From Eledone cirrhosa (Eukaryota): 64,000 nt of DNA. Location of the stretch: the NCBI GenBank assembly GCA_964016885.1, contig OZ024741.1, positions 365,862,001 through 365,926,000 on the forward strand. Direction: 5' to 3'. Both the position numbers and the translations under genes were made by a program. Shown here in pieces: positions 33,713 through 46,911 of the stretch. Position 1 is the first letter of the stretch. Each line of letters opens with the position of its first letter. The notes under the pieces were generated by a model that searched no databases, was not told the DNA's origin, and worked only from the letters and a program-made list of their open reading frames with translations.

Positions 33713-34147
33713 CCGTTTATCGTTTTCGGTCCACCCGGCCGATTAACTCACTCGATATGCAAATTAGGCTGCTCAGCCGTTAATATGCATAAGGAAAGTA
33801 TATACTTTCAGACGTTCAATCATCTGGCAGGAAGGTATACGGTGCTGACGATAGCTAATAAGCTTGAAACTAGTACATCGTTCCTTTGTCAGTGTTGAAC
33901 AAAAGGGCAACGATGGTTGCTAAATACTGTACGGCTTAATTAGGGATGTTTGTTTACAAACAAACCGAGCATTATAATAAATGTTCGGTAAATCCATACG
34001 TACATATATATATGTATGCATGTATGTATATATATACATACTACTGTACGTCTGTATACATATATGTATGTACGTATACATACCTATATTTAAATAACAG
34101 CCGTACTAAGAGTGAGAAATGAAATTTCGTTTCATTTTTTCCATTTA
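33713..34147 (+). mobile_element. R3 retrozyme monomer (hammerhead 33839-33881)
   Basis: Complete ~430-bp unit with only a short internal TA run. Confidence 0.88.
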
Positions 34148-34156
34148 TATATATAT

Positions 34157-34262
34157 ATTTATTAAAATAACAGTTAATCTGTTATTTTAATACATATTAG
34201 CTCTACGGTTCTTATATATTTGATATATATTTATCCTTATCGAGCCCTCTTTGGATTTTAGT
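34157..34262 (+). mobile_element. Miniature foldback + tail element (second copy 57257-57380 -)
   Basis: Short palindrome tattaaaataacag..ctgttattttaata followed by ~65-nt tail ending ttatcgagccctcttttggattt; same layout on the other strand at 57.3 kb. Confidence 0.7.
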
Positions 34263-34861
34263 TTTGAAATTTATTTTTATTACTATATATATATATTGTT
34301 TTGTTTTATCTTTTACTCCAGGCACAGACCCTTCGCTTGTTAATCAGACAATGTTACCTATGTTACACTTGCAGTACCTTTGGTATGGATCGAAAGTCCA
34401 TCTCAGCGGCTAAAGTCTTCAGCATATTTTGTTTTGTCTATATTTGCTATTTTTTTTATAATGGTAAAAACAATTTAATAGAAAAAGGAAAAATAAATGT
34501 TTATATTGATAAGAAACAATGGAATGTAAAATAAGAAAATATAAAAAAAAACGGAAAACGAAAGGAAAGGCAAGGGCTCTAGTCTCACGGGGGAATGGGA
34601 TGGTGCTTTTGATCTGGGTCTAAAGCTATTGTTTTGCATTTTCAAAAAACATTTTTTAAATGTCTCCCGTTCATAAAATTATTTTTCGTTCTAACCTGTC
34701 TTTCACTCGAGGGACAGCACTTTGGCTTGTTTTTTAGGAGTCGAGACTGCCTAAGTGTATTTCAAGAGCTGAATAGTCCCGTATTTTATTTGTTTCTGTT
34801 TGCCATTTTTTTTTGCATTAAAAAAAAAAATGTTTTCTCTTAGTCAATTATTCTAATTGTA

Positions 34862-34909
<48 letters not shown>

Positions 34910-36122
34910 AGTGTGTGTGTGTGAGTGTAGATATATAAATCTATCTTTATCGAACGAGACAAATTGAATTTGCCTTAGCTCACCGAATTTCCACTCGCTC
35001 CATAATTTTCAGAAACTTTTTTTATGAAATACAAGTCTATATATCAGAACTCACACAATGAGTTATTTAGTGGTAAAAACGTACTTGTTTGGTAACACAA
35101 TAAATCTCGCTCCGGACTTCGTCCATGGTTTTGTGTGTGTAGAGAGAGGGGGATGCGAGGCAACACAAAGCAACATAGATGGATAAAATCTCGCTCGGCT
35201 ATCCAACCAGATCAATTGGAACCGGCTGCTTCTGACAAGTCGCACTGGAATAAGTGGGCGAAAAGGAAGAATAATATATATATATATATATATTGTTATA
35301 CTTGGGGAGGGTCATATTTGTGTAATATTGCCAGAATTAATAACAGAACACACTCACTGTTTGGTTGGTTTTCGCTTTTCGCTTCTGTGTCTTTTATATC
35401 GGTAATCTAATTTATTCGGTCCTCAATGTTGCCATTGACTGACCGACGGTCGAAAATAATACAGTTACAATATAGACACAAACACATATATATAGTTTAT
35501 CAGAGTTCTTTCGTTGCACATCTGCAACATCGTCAGTGGTGCTATTGTTTCCTCCCGTTACATTGTATGTCTACGCCATTTTTATTTAGTCTGTCTATAT
35601 ATTTATTTATTTATTTGTTTGTTTGTTTATTTTATTTTGTCTTCTTTGCGCATGCGTTTGCGTGTGTGTATAGTGTTTTGTTTGATGTGTGTTCGTGATT
35701 GGGTGACTAGTGTGTGTTTATGTGTTTGTTGTTATTGTGCTTGTGTATGTATTTATTTATTTATTTATCTATTTATTTATTTATTTATACTTCTCTTAGG
35801 TCAGTGTTCTTTGTTTGGGTGTTGTTGTTATTCCATTCATTCTTTCTGTTTAGTCTTGGCCTTCTAAGTTCTATTTCACTGGCCTCTCTGATTTGCCTAT
35901 CTGCTGGGTCATTTCTATGTTTAGATATTATTCTAATTTCTATGATGTCTATGTTACCGTCGTGTTGTTGTCTGGCATGTTCGTATAGTACTGACCCGTT
36001 TTTTCGTCCTTTTAGTTCCCCCCAGTGTTGGTCTATCCTTTCACCTATGCTACGAACTGTCTCGCCTATGTATGTTGTTGTCATGTTTCTGAAAGTACCC
36101 TCTGTACATCTTATGCTATTGA

Positions 36123-39079
36123 GTGCAAAACGGAGCTGGAAAAGTGTTTCACAAAAATACGTTGGAATGCAAAAGTAAACAACAACAACAACAACAATAA
36201 TAACGGTAGTAGTAATATAAACAATAACTCTGAGTATAGAAATAACAGCCATAACAATAACAATAGCAGGAGAGTGAGAAATAGTAATAATGGTAATAAT
36301 ACTAACGATAGACAGAACAACAACAACAACCACAATAATAATAATAATAGAAACATTAACCACAGACACAACAGCAGTGACCACAGTAGTAATAACGGTA
36401 ACAATACGAACAACAACAACAATAACCACAGTGGTAATAATGGAAATAATACATGTAGCAACATTAATGATAGACAAAAAAAAACAAGAAACATAATAAA
36501 AGTAACAACCACAATGGTAGAAATAACAGTAACAACAACAATAACGGTGAAGTAAACAACAATACATCTAGCAATCATAACAATAATAATAATGCTAATG
36601 ATAGGAACAACAACAACTACCATGATAACAATAATAGCAACACACACAACTATGACGATAGATATAATGACAACTCCTTAGAGAAACTATTTTTCAACCC
36701 AGCTGACAAAACATGTAAGAGGGGTAATATCTATCCTACGAGGTTACCCTTTAACAAAAGAGTTTGCATACCACAACAAATAGATGACGAGACAGAGGCA
36801 CAGTTCACCATAGCTAGAAATAAGATTAGACAAATAGTAAACCGGTATACTAAGAGACAGAGCAGACCAGAGGCCCAACAACTTGAGAGGAAACCTGTAG
36901 AAGGCTTGGTTAGCCTCAAACAGCGCACAAGGGATGGTGAGGTAGTATGTTTACCCACGGATAAGTCTGGTAGGATGTCAATAGATAGCATGCCGAACTA
37001 CATCAAGGCTATGCAACCCCACATCACCAACACGAGCGAAATTGCACAGCAAACACATGATGGGAGAGAGAAAATCCTCAACGCTCACATGATGATGTGG
37101 ACTGACATCCTAAAGCCAAGCAGACGCACTGCCAACAACTTCCAGGCGTCTAACAATGACGTACCTCCCTTGTATGGGCTCCGCAAAGACCACAAGACAG
37201 TCGACGACCCGACAACAGGACCACCAACAAGACCCGTATGCGGAGCTCATATAGCTAGCAACTACAGGATCTCCTACTTACTCTCAATGGTTATACGCCC
37301 CATAATCAAGATGTCCCCAGATGTATGTAACAGTACAGAGGACCTCCTCAGCAGAATCAGTGAGTGCAACAAGAACAAAAACCTATCCAACTGCATAATA
37401 GGCAGTATGGATGTGGTATCACTGTACCCATCCATTAACATTGATTTTGCTGTGGAAAAATGTGTGGAGATGATCAATGAGAGAGAGGTGGGGTTCTGCG
37501 ACGTCGACACAGACGAACTGGGCCTCCTACTTAGACTTACCTATGACACTGACAACCTAGACAGCCATGACCCTAGACGATTCTGCCCTAGTAGACCCAT
37601 AAGAGGTAGACCCCCACCATAACCTCAATGGCAAAAAAGACTCCCATGGGAAGGTAGATTGGGTGGACCAAAGCTGTACGGACCCCCCCAAAACAATGAT
37701 CAGGTAAGAAAAATGGTCGCACATGCAATAGGGGCTAGTATCAAAACTACCCTAAGGGGCCACATATTCAAGTTCAACGAGAAGATCAACACCCAAAATG
37801 AGGGAGCAGCCATTGGCGTCAGCATAGCTGGTGATGTTGCCAACCTTTTCATGGTATGGTGGGAAAGGAGACTTAAAGATCTCCTTAATGAGAGCTCCAT
37901 AGACCTCATCATGTACTCTCGTTACGTAGACGATATCAATATAGTTATAAGAACATCCCCACTAGAGAGCACTAACAAGTTTGATTTAGAACGTAGCACA
38001 ATGGAAAGCATCCAGCAGATAGCTAATTCCATACACCAGAGTATAACTGTAACTATCGACTTCCCTTCCAAATACCCTAACAATAGACTACCTGTATTAG
38101 ACACAGAACTCTGGATTAACACTATAGACGAGAGAGCCCAAATTCTCCACTCACACTATGCTAAACCCATGGCCTCCAAATACCTGATACTCAAAAACTC
38201 AGCAATGTCCAGTAGTGCTAAATTTAATATTCTGATCGCAGATTTGGTACGAGTGATGAAGAATGTGTCCCGCATGTGCGACCCAAAAGAAATGGAAAGA
38301 CACATCCAACACTTCATCAACCGCATGCAGTTCTCTGGCTACAACCAAAGAGACAGAGTCAGAGTATACGAAGGAGCCATGGAGAAGTATAAGACCCTCA
38401 TAGAACTGGACATGAAAGGAATTTGCCCATTATACAGGAGCAAATCATGGAATAGCTTAGATAGGGTTAGACATAAGATAGGGAAAGCCACCTCATGGTA
38501 CGACAACCAGAGATACCAGAGTGTCATGTTTGTGGACGCTACCCCTGGAGGGAAATTAGCGAACAAGTGTAGAAAGGCCCTGAGAAAGACCCACTTAAAG
38601 ATTAAGGTGGTAGAAAAGCCAGGAACCACCATAAAATCCCTGATCAGCAAAACCTACCCTTTTAAGAAAACCCACTGTACTAATAGGAAATGTATCATAT
38701 GTAAGGTAAACCCCCGGATAAACTGTAAAACTAGAAACGTAGTCTATAGCATAAGATGTACAGAGGGTACTTGCAGAAACATGACAACAACATACATAGG
38801 CGAGACAGCTCGTAGCATAGGTGAAAGGATAGACCAACACTGGGGGAACTAAAAGAACGAAAAAACGGGTCAGTACTATATGAACATGCCAGAGAACAAC
38901 ACGACGGTAACATAGACATCATAGAAATTAGAATAATATCTAAACATAGAAATAACCCAGCAGATAGGCAAATCAGAGAGGCCAGTGAAATAGAACTTAG
39001 AAGGCCAAGGCTAAACAGAAAGAATGAATGGAATAACAACAACACCCAAACAAAGAACACTGACCTAAGAGGAGTATAA
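36123..39079 (+). pseudogene. PLE RT-GIY-YIG ORF with stops and frameshifts (~36553, ~37620, ~38850)
   Basis: KIRW, TDKSG, LYGLRKDHK, PTRPV, GSMDVVSLYPSI, GAAIG, RYVDD, LPVLD, CIIC, VVYSIRC, YIGET.R...R..QH, LNRKNEW. Confidence 0.92.
36175..36672 (+). repeat. (AAC/AAT)n low-complexity expansion inside the PLE N-terminal region
   Basis: Degenerate trinucleotide tract encoding Asn/Thr runs directly after KIRW. Confidence 0.85.
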
Positions 39080-39630
39080 ATAAATAAATAAATAGATAAA
39101 TAAATAAATAAATACATACACAAGCACAATAACAACAAACACATATAAACACACACTAGTCACCCAATCACGAACACACATCAAACAAAACACTATACAC
39201 ACACGCAAACGCATGCGCAAAGAAGACAAAATGAAATAAACAAACAAACAAATAAATAAATAAATATATAGACAGACTAAATAAAAATGGCGTAGACATA
39301 CAATGTAACGGGAGGAAACAATAGCACCACTGACGATGTTGCAGATGTGCAACGAAATAACTTTGATAAACTATATATATGTGTTTGTGTCTATATTGTA
39401 TCTGTATTATTTTCGACCGTCGATCAGTCAACGGCAACATTGAGGACCGAATAAATTTGATTACCGATATAAAAGACACAGAATAGAAAAGCGAAAACCA
39501 ACCAAACAGTGAGTGTGTTCTGTTATTAATTCTGGCAATATTACACAAATATGACCCTCCCCAAGTATAACAATATTTGTTTTGACACACGATTTCATCT
39601 AAAAAACCTCGCAAAACTAATTCATCGACG

Positions 39631-39681
<51 letters not shown>

Positions 39682-39737
39682 AAAATGTTTAACCCCGACG
39701 GCAGAGCTCAAGCTGTTTCGACGGCTATTTCTGGACG

Positions 39738-39786
<49 letters not shown>

Positions 39787-40305
39787 GTGTGTGTATACAT
39801 ACGCCGTGTGTGCGCGCGTATGTAATTATACATTTATATATATCGGAGAACAAAATATCCTGGATTAATTGGTATTAAATTAAACTCTTGACTGAAATTA
39901 CTTCGGACGGTAATTAGTGTCTCATACGTCTATTATTCATCAATGATGAGGCAAGGGGGAATTGTAGTCAGATATCCTAGTTTTATAGTAGTTTGGTCAA
40001 CAGTTAAATTTTGTTGAAATAAAAGCGGAGTATTTTAGTATAGACCGGTGAAACACAATGGGCTGACAATCATATAAAATGTGCATTGCATATATTGTGT
40101 ACCTCATAGTAAATGTATATTATAATGATTGTGCAGCTTTTTATGTCCATCAGCTACACACAAAGACTTCGATTTGTCGAAATTTCTCTTAAATTTTCAA
40201 TAAAAATTCGTGAAACAATTAAGAGAAAACGGAGGGATCAAATGGCTTAAAATTATTACAGTGATACCAGATATCTGCATAATCTCCAAACTGCACTGTC
40301 TATAG

Positions 40306-40320
<15 letters not shown>

Positions 40321-40396
<76 letters not shown>

Positions 40397-40440
40397 TTCT
40401 CTCTCTCTCTCCCTCACTCTCTCTCTTTCTCTTTTTCTCT
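40321..40440. repeat. (CT)n microsatellite (others at 10567-10620, 12333-12585, 24712-24760)
   Basis: Seen directly. Confidence 0.95.
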
Positions 40441-40504
40441 CATTACCTATTTACCTATCTGCACATTGATAGAGTCTTTTTGAAGATGTTTTATACCGGA
40501 TATA

Positions 40505-40823
40505 GGCGGTGAATTGGTAGAGTCATTAGAACATCGGATAGACTGCTTTATGGTATTCGTATCTGTTCTCTGAGTTCAAATCCCGCCGAGGTCAACTTAG
40601 CCTTTCATCCTTTCGATGTCGGTAAAAACGTACCAGTCTAGTTCTGGGGTCGATTCTTCCTCTATATCTCTTTCTGATTTCCTCTCTCTCACTTTCTATC
40701 TCTCTCTGGAAGAAATCTGCTGTCTTCAGGCCTGGAGAGGTATGGGCTCCGCCAGGCTTAAAATGCCCAAGAAACGACACTCCTGCGACTCCATCAGGAG
40801 TTACGGCAACAAAAATGTATTCC
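40505..40823 (+). mobile_element. S1 SINE head fused to ~190-bp extension; second copy 47833-48170
   Basis: Both copies continue after ggggtcgatt with cttcctctatatctc...atgggctccgccaggcttaaaatgcccaagaaacg...atcaggagttacgg. Confidence 0.75.
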
Positions 40824-42140
40824 CTTCCTTAAACTATTTCAATTGGTCGTCTCTTACGGTATGCAGGGATACGCTGTGTCTGTTCTAAATCGAATACACG
40901 CAGCAATAAACTGCTTCTAGAGTAGATGATAGGAAAACATCAGCAAAACATAATTGGTTTCAATATAATTCAGCAACGTATCAAAACTGAAAATACAGAA
41001 AACATGACATTTTAATTAAATTTTACATTTTCTTTTACTTGACATTAATCAATATAATTTGGAAAGGGAAAGATAGGAAAAAGAAAAATATAACAACTCT
41101 GATATAAGGGGAGTGCGTATAAAAACAATTTAAATTGTTTTGGTCTGATCATAAAACTATTGCTGTTAATCATGTTTTCAACATGATAAATGAAGGCTTT
41201 CTTATATCCTGTAATCAGTATAGTTACTGATACAAGCAAGCTACTCAAGCGAAAAAGAAAAGATTGTCAGATCGGAAATAGTATTACCATTGGCCTTTTC
41301 ATGGATGATACAATCTGCTGTGTGCAAAACCTGTTAAGAGGAAACACGTGAAATAATGTATTTGGCTCAAGAACACAAAGCCCCATACCATCCTGGAATT
41401 TAGCGTTATGATAGAAAAAACACCACCCTAACCGTTAGGCTATGCACCTTGACAAGCTACTAAAAAGTAAGTTTGTTTTTTCTTGGCAAGTCTGGGTGGG
41501 GGAGGTATTTCACATGGATTTCACAGGTACCCCAAAACAAAAGATCAATGCCATCGAAGGTCTCTTCATCAAACAACAATTCGTTTATAAATAACATAAA
41601 TCTTGTTGATGGATAATGATGCTGTTACCAAAGCACATATATTTGTGTTATTGGGGAGTTTAATTTGAGGGCATTTTGGCTGCTATTTTTTATAGATCAA
41701 ACAAGAGCATATAGGGTTGCTCGCTGCCTTCTGTCGTTAAGTAGAAATGAGATCTAGCTTTTTCTATTAACAATCTGTACTGTAATATTTACATAAATCT
41801 CATTGGTATATAAATGCAGCTGTTAGAAGGACATGTATTTATATTTCTGTCATGTCTTGATTATGTTGATTCTACTTAATTTCTTAGGAATTTTTTTTTC
41901 TTTTTTTCTGTCAGAAACAATAATTTCGTGTCAGTATCAATCATGGCTCTGACAAATAAGTAAGCCAGCTGAACATATGCTGATCTAATTCTGAGAGACT
42001 GTTTATGATATATGTGGCTTTATTCAGGTATTTCTAGTGGTACATGGCTCTGCGGTTAAAGATGCTTGCCTCGCAACCCCATGGTGTGTCTTCTTGGACA
42101 CCTGTCTTCTACTGTAGCCTCGCGTTGAGTAATACCTTGT

Positions 42141-42200
<60 letters not shown>

Positions 42201-42423
42201 TGTAATAAACAACATAAGATAATTATTTCATTTACCAGTGGTTTCTTGAAAGCAAATAAAATTTGCTTTCAGTCATCAGAATGAAAAGATCGTGGTGTAT
42301 TTATTGACAGTGGATTTTAAAAACAAAAATATAATCTATATGAAAGTGAGGCTCAAAAAGGAAGAAGGAAAGGAAAACAATAAATATAAAAGTAGATAAA
42401 CACACATGCACACACATATACAT

Positions 42424-42481
<58 letters not shown>

Positions 42482-42486
<5 letters not shown>

Positions 42487-43541
42487 TATGTATACGTACA
42501 TACATATATGAATAAAGACGTACAGTAGTATGTATATATATATACATACATGCACACATATATATATATGTATGTATGGATTCACCGAACATTTATTACA
42601 ATGCTCGGTGTGTTTGTAAACAAACATCCCGAATTAAGCCGTACAGTGTCTAGCAACCATCGTTGCTCATTTGTTCAACACTGACAAAGGAACGCTGTAC
42701 TAGTTTCAAGCTCATTAGCTATCGTCAGCAACGTATACCTTCCTGCCAGATGATTGAACGTCTGAAAGTATATACTTTCCTTATGCACATTAACGGCTGA
42801 GCAGCCTATTTTGCATATCGAGTGAGTTAATCGGCCAGGGCACCGAAAACGATAAACGGAAAAAATGAAACGAAATTTTATTTCTCACTCTTAGTACGGC
42901 TGTTACTTAAATACAAGTATGTATACGTACATACATATATGTGTACAGACGTACAGTAGTATGTATATATACATACATGTGTGCATGTATGTATAAATAT
43001 ATACATACTACTGTACGTCTGTATACATATATGTATGTACGTATACATACATATATTTAAGTAACAGCCGTACTAAGAGTGAGAAATGAAATTTCGCTTC
43101 ATTTTATCCGTTTATCGTTTTCGGTGCCCCGGCCGATTAACTCACTCGATATGAAATTTAGGCTGCTCAGCCGTTAATATGCATAAGGAAAGTATATACT
43201 TTCAGACGTTCAATCAACTGGCAGGAAGGTAGACGTTGCTGACGATAGCTAATAAGCTTGAAACTAGTACAGCGTTCCTTTGTCAGTGTTGAACAAATGA
43301 GCAAGATGGTTGCTAGACACTGTACGGCTTAATTCGGGATGTTTGTTTACAAACACACCGAGCATTATAATAAATGTTCGGTGAATCCATACGTACATAT
43401 ATATATGTGTGCATGTATGTATATATATATACATACTACTGTATGTCTGTATACATATATGTATGTACATATACATACTTATATTTAAGTCACAGCCGTA
43501 CTAAGAGTGAGAAATGATATTTCGTTTCATTTTTTCCGTTT
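42482..43541. mobile_element. R3 retrozyme head-to-head palindrome
   Basis: Centre ~42980; hammerheads 42692-42734 (-) and 43233-43275 (+) with stem I acgttg/cagcgt. Confidence 0.9.
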
Positions 43542-43577
43542 ATATATATATATATATATATACATACACACATATAT

Positions 43578-43609
<32 letters not shown>

Positions 43610-43636
43610 CCATACATACACATACAAATAAATACA

Positions 43637-43700
<64 letters not shown>

Positions 43701-44258
43701 TAATCATACATATATACACGCATACATACACACACATACATACATACATATATACACGCATACATACGCACATACATATATAGATATATGTACACATACC
43801 TACATACGCACACACACAATTAATTATAAGAAAATTAAAAAACAATTTCGTTTCTGAATTTGTGTAGCAAGATTCTTTATCTGAAATCGTGTGTTGAAAC
43901 CGATATTGTTATACTTTGGGAGGATCATGTTGCCAATAAGAAACACACGCACCAGTTGCTTTCACTTCAATTTATTATATATTTATAAATTTATAAATTT
44001 ACAAATCTACAAATTTATAAATTTCTGGTTGGTTGGTTGGTTGGTTCCACAACCAGATAGTTGTTTATATATAGTCATAGTCCTTTCGTCACACACTCTG
44101 TGACCTCTTCAGTGACTGGGGATTCCTTTCTCTGTTTCTGTGCCTTTCCTTTCTTCTGTCCTACGCCATTTTGTTTCTGTGTGTGTGTTGTGTGCTCAGT
44201 TTGCGCATGCGCCACATCCGGGTGTCTGTGTGTGTTTGTGTTCATTTATCTATTTGTT

Positions 44259-44717
44259 TATAAGATAGTAGAAAGACCAGGTACCTCCGTAAAAACACTT
44301 ATTAGCAAGACATACCCGTTCCAAAGACCCTCATGTATAGATAAGAAATGTATAACCTGTAAAATAAGCCCCCATATTAACTGTAAAACTAGAAATGTAG
44401 TGTATAGCATAAGATGTACTGAAGGACAATGTAGAAACAAAAATATAGTGTACATAGGTGAGACAGCTCGTAGTATAGGGGAACGGATAAATGAACACTG
44501 GCGAGACCTTCAAGATAATAAAGAATCATCTGTACTCTACCAACATGCTAAGATAGAACACAAGGGTAAATTAGAGAACATAGAAATAAAAATAGAATCT
44601 ACACACAGAAAAGATGCAATGTTTAGACAAATTACAGAGGCAATAAACATAAAAGAATTACAACCAAAATTAAATAGAAAATACGAGTGGAACAGCAACA
44701 TCACAACTTACAATTAA
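44259..44717 (+). pseudogene. PLE C-terminal Zn-finger/GIY-YIG endonuclease fragment
   Basis: KIVERPG, CITC, CKTRNVVYSIRC, YIGETARSIGERINEH, LNRKYEW. Confidence 0.92.
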
Positions 44718-44921
44718 GGACAAAATGAAAACACACACACACATAGAACAAACAACCAACCAATAACATGTAAATAAATAAACAAATAGATAAATGAACA
44801 CAAACACACACAGACACCCGGATGTGGCGCATGCGCAAACTGAGCACACAACACACACACAGAAACAAAATGGCGTAGGACAGAAGAAAGGAAAGGCACA
44901 GAAACAAAGAAAGGAATCCCC

Positions 44922-44966
44922 AGTCACTGAAGAGGTCACAGAGTATGTGACGAAAGTACTATGACT
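44922..44966 (+). ncRNA. Minimal type-I hammerhead in pLTR (mirror 44073-44117 -)
   Basis: agtca-CTGAAGA-ggtcacagagtatgtgac-GAAA-gtac-TA-tgact. Confidence 0.9.
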
Positions 44967-45348
44967 ATATATAAACAACTATCTGGTTGTGGAACCAACC
45001 AACCAACCAACCAGAAATTTATAAATTTGTAGATTTGTAAATTTATAAATTTATAAATATATAATAAATTGAAGTGAAAGCAACTGGTGCGTGTGTTTCT
45101 TATTGGCAACATGACCCTCCCAAAGTACAACAATAAAAAAACAATTAACAACCATATAATGCAATAGGCCGTCACATAAATATAAAAAATATACGACTTA
45201 AGAAAATAAAAATGATTATAAAGTTGACAGCGATACAGGAAAGGACACAAATAAATAAACAAACACACGTGGTAAGCAATACACACATTTACACATACAC
45301 ATACATATAAATATATACATCCACGCACACACACATACACACACATAT

Positions 45349-45378
<30 letters not shown>

Positions 45379-45379
<1 letters not shown>

Positions 45380-45568
45380 GGAACGAGTGGGACCCCGACG
45401 GCTGAGTTCAAGCCGTTTCGACGGCTAATTCTGGACCAGAATTAGCCGTCGAAACGGCTTAAGCTCAGCCGTCGGGGTCCTACTCGTTCCTATTACTCAC
45501 TCTACTACCCTAAGTATTGAGTATTTGGTGCGTTATGGTCCATCTGGTTCCTTACCAAATTTCCTTCG

Positions 45569-45570
<2 letters not shown>
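45379..45570 (+). mobile_element. Minimal P1 foldback (56-bp arms + ~80-nt tail)
   Basis: 45379-45434 inverted vs 45436-45491; same endpoints as the longer P1 copies. Confidence 0.9.
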
Positions 45571-45623
<53 letters not shown>

Positions 45624-45679
45624 AAAATACATAAATATTATATATACATAAAAATAAAAAGGTGGAAGGGGTAAACAAA

Positions 45680-46115
45680 TAAGTATGTATACATACATAT
45701 ATAATTATGTATACGTACATACATATATGTTTCATTGTTTTCCATTTATCGTTTTCAGTACGCGCTGCCGACTAACTCCCTCGATATGCAAATTAGGCTG
45801 CTCAGCCGTTAATATGCATAAGCAAAGTATATACTTTCAAACGTTCAATCATCTGGCAGGAAGGTATACGTTGCTGACGGTAGCTAATGAGCTTGAAACT
45901 AGTACATCGTTCCTGTGTCAGTGTTGAACAAAAAACCGACGATGGTTGCCGAACACTGTACGGCGTAATTCGGGCTGTTTGTTTACAAACAAACCGGGCA
46001 TTATAATAAATGTTCGGTAAACCCAAACGTACATATATATATGTGTGCATGTATGTATATATATACATACTACTGTACGTCTGTACACATATATGTATGT
46101 ACGTATAAATACTTA
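45680..46115 (+). mobile_element. R3 retrozyme monomer with mutated hammerhead core (CTGACGG, 45868-45910)
   Basis: Clear similarity to the other R3 units. Confidence 0.85.
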
Positions 46116-46546
46116 TATATATACATATATATATATATATATACATGTATATATATATATATAATACAAGGACGAATGGTTACTCTTTCATTGCGTTTAT
46201 TGGTTGGTGACGGGCTTTCGCTACTGATCAGTTCAAGGTTCGATCTGTATCGATCTGGCCCGATATATATATATATAGGGGGTGTCTGTGTGTTTGAGTG
46301 TGTGTGTGCATGTGTGAATATTTGTGTATATGTATAAATCTGTTTTCCTCTGTCCCGATAAGTTAATTTAGTTATCGCTCGCACTGATTTTAGGTATCTA
46401 GTCTTTAATGCGAAATAATACCAACGATAATCAGCAGACTACTGATGAAGGACATTCTTGTTTCTCGGTCTATTTTTATTCATATGTTCATATTTGCAAC
46501 AACGCAGCACGCCATTTTTTATTCATATATATATATATATATATAT

Positions 46547-46911
46547 AATTGTTTCTACTTTAGGCATAAGGCCAGCAATTGCCCAGTGCATTACTGGTAC
46601 TTTATTTTATCGACCCTGTAAGGATGAAAGGCAAAGTCAACCTCGGCGGGATTTGAACTCAGATCGTAAAGGGACGTCACTATGACCGAAAGCATTGAAT
46701 TACCGGTATTATATATATATATATAATTGTTTCTACTTTAGGCAGAAGGCCAGCAATTACCCAGTGCATTACTGGTACTTTGTTTTATCGACCCCGTAAG
46801 GATGAAAGGCAAAGTCAACCTCGGCGGGATTTGAACTCAGATCGTAAAGGGACGTAACTATGCTGGAAAGCATGGCGTCCGACCCTCTACTGATACTGCC
46901 AATCCACGCCC
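46547..46911 (-). mobile_element. Two tandem S1 SINE copies
   Basis: 46547-46690 (truncated) and 46724-46911; reverse complement of 18218-18410. Confidence 0.85.

Larger units (their letters stand above)
35290..39633 (+). mobile_element. Near full-length Penelope-like element with inverted 5' pLTR and 3' tail
   Basis: 35290-36122 is the reverse complement of 38746-39574; tail 39575-39633; (TA)n at both ends; hammerhead-like motifs at 35492-35545 (-) and 39321-39374 (+). Confidence 0.93.
43840..45135 (+). mobile_element. 5'-truncated PLE related to 35290-39633, with inverted pLTR; tail on the left arm
   Basis: 43903-44258 inverted vs ~44785-45135; GIY-YIG fragment between; left tail homologous to 39575-39633. 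Confidence 0.9.

Noticed and set aside
35785-36647. Hydrophobic minus-strand ORFs fused to a GIY-YIG segment
   Set aside because: Antisense of the AAC tract running into the inverted pLTR; a junction chimera.
46434-46475. agacta-CTGATGA hammerhead start (also CTGACAA...CGAAA at ~35230-35265)
   Set aside because: GAAA/stem III or stem I missing; remnants at best.
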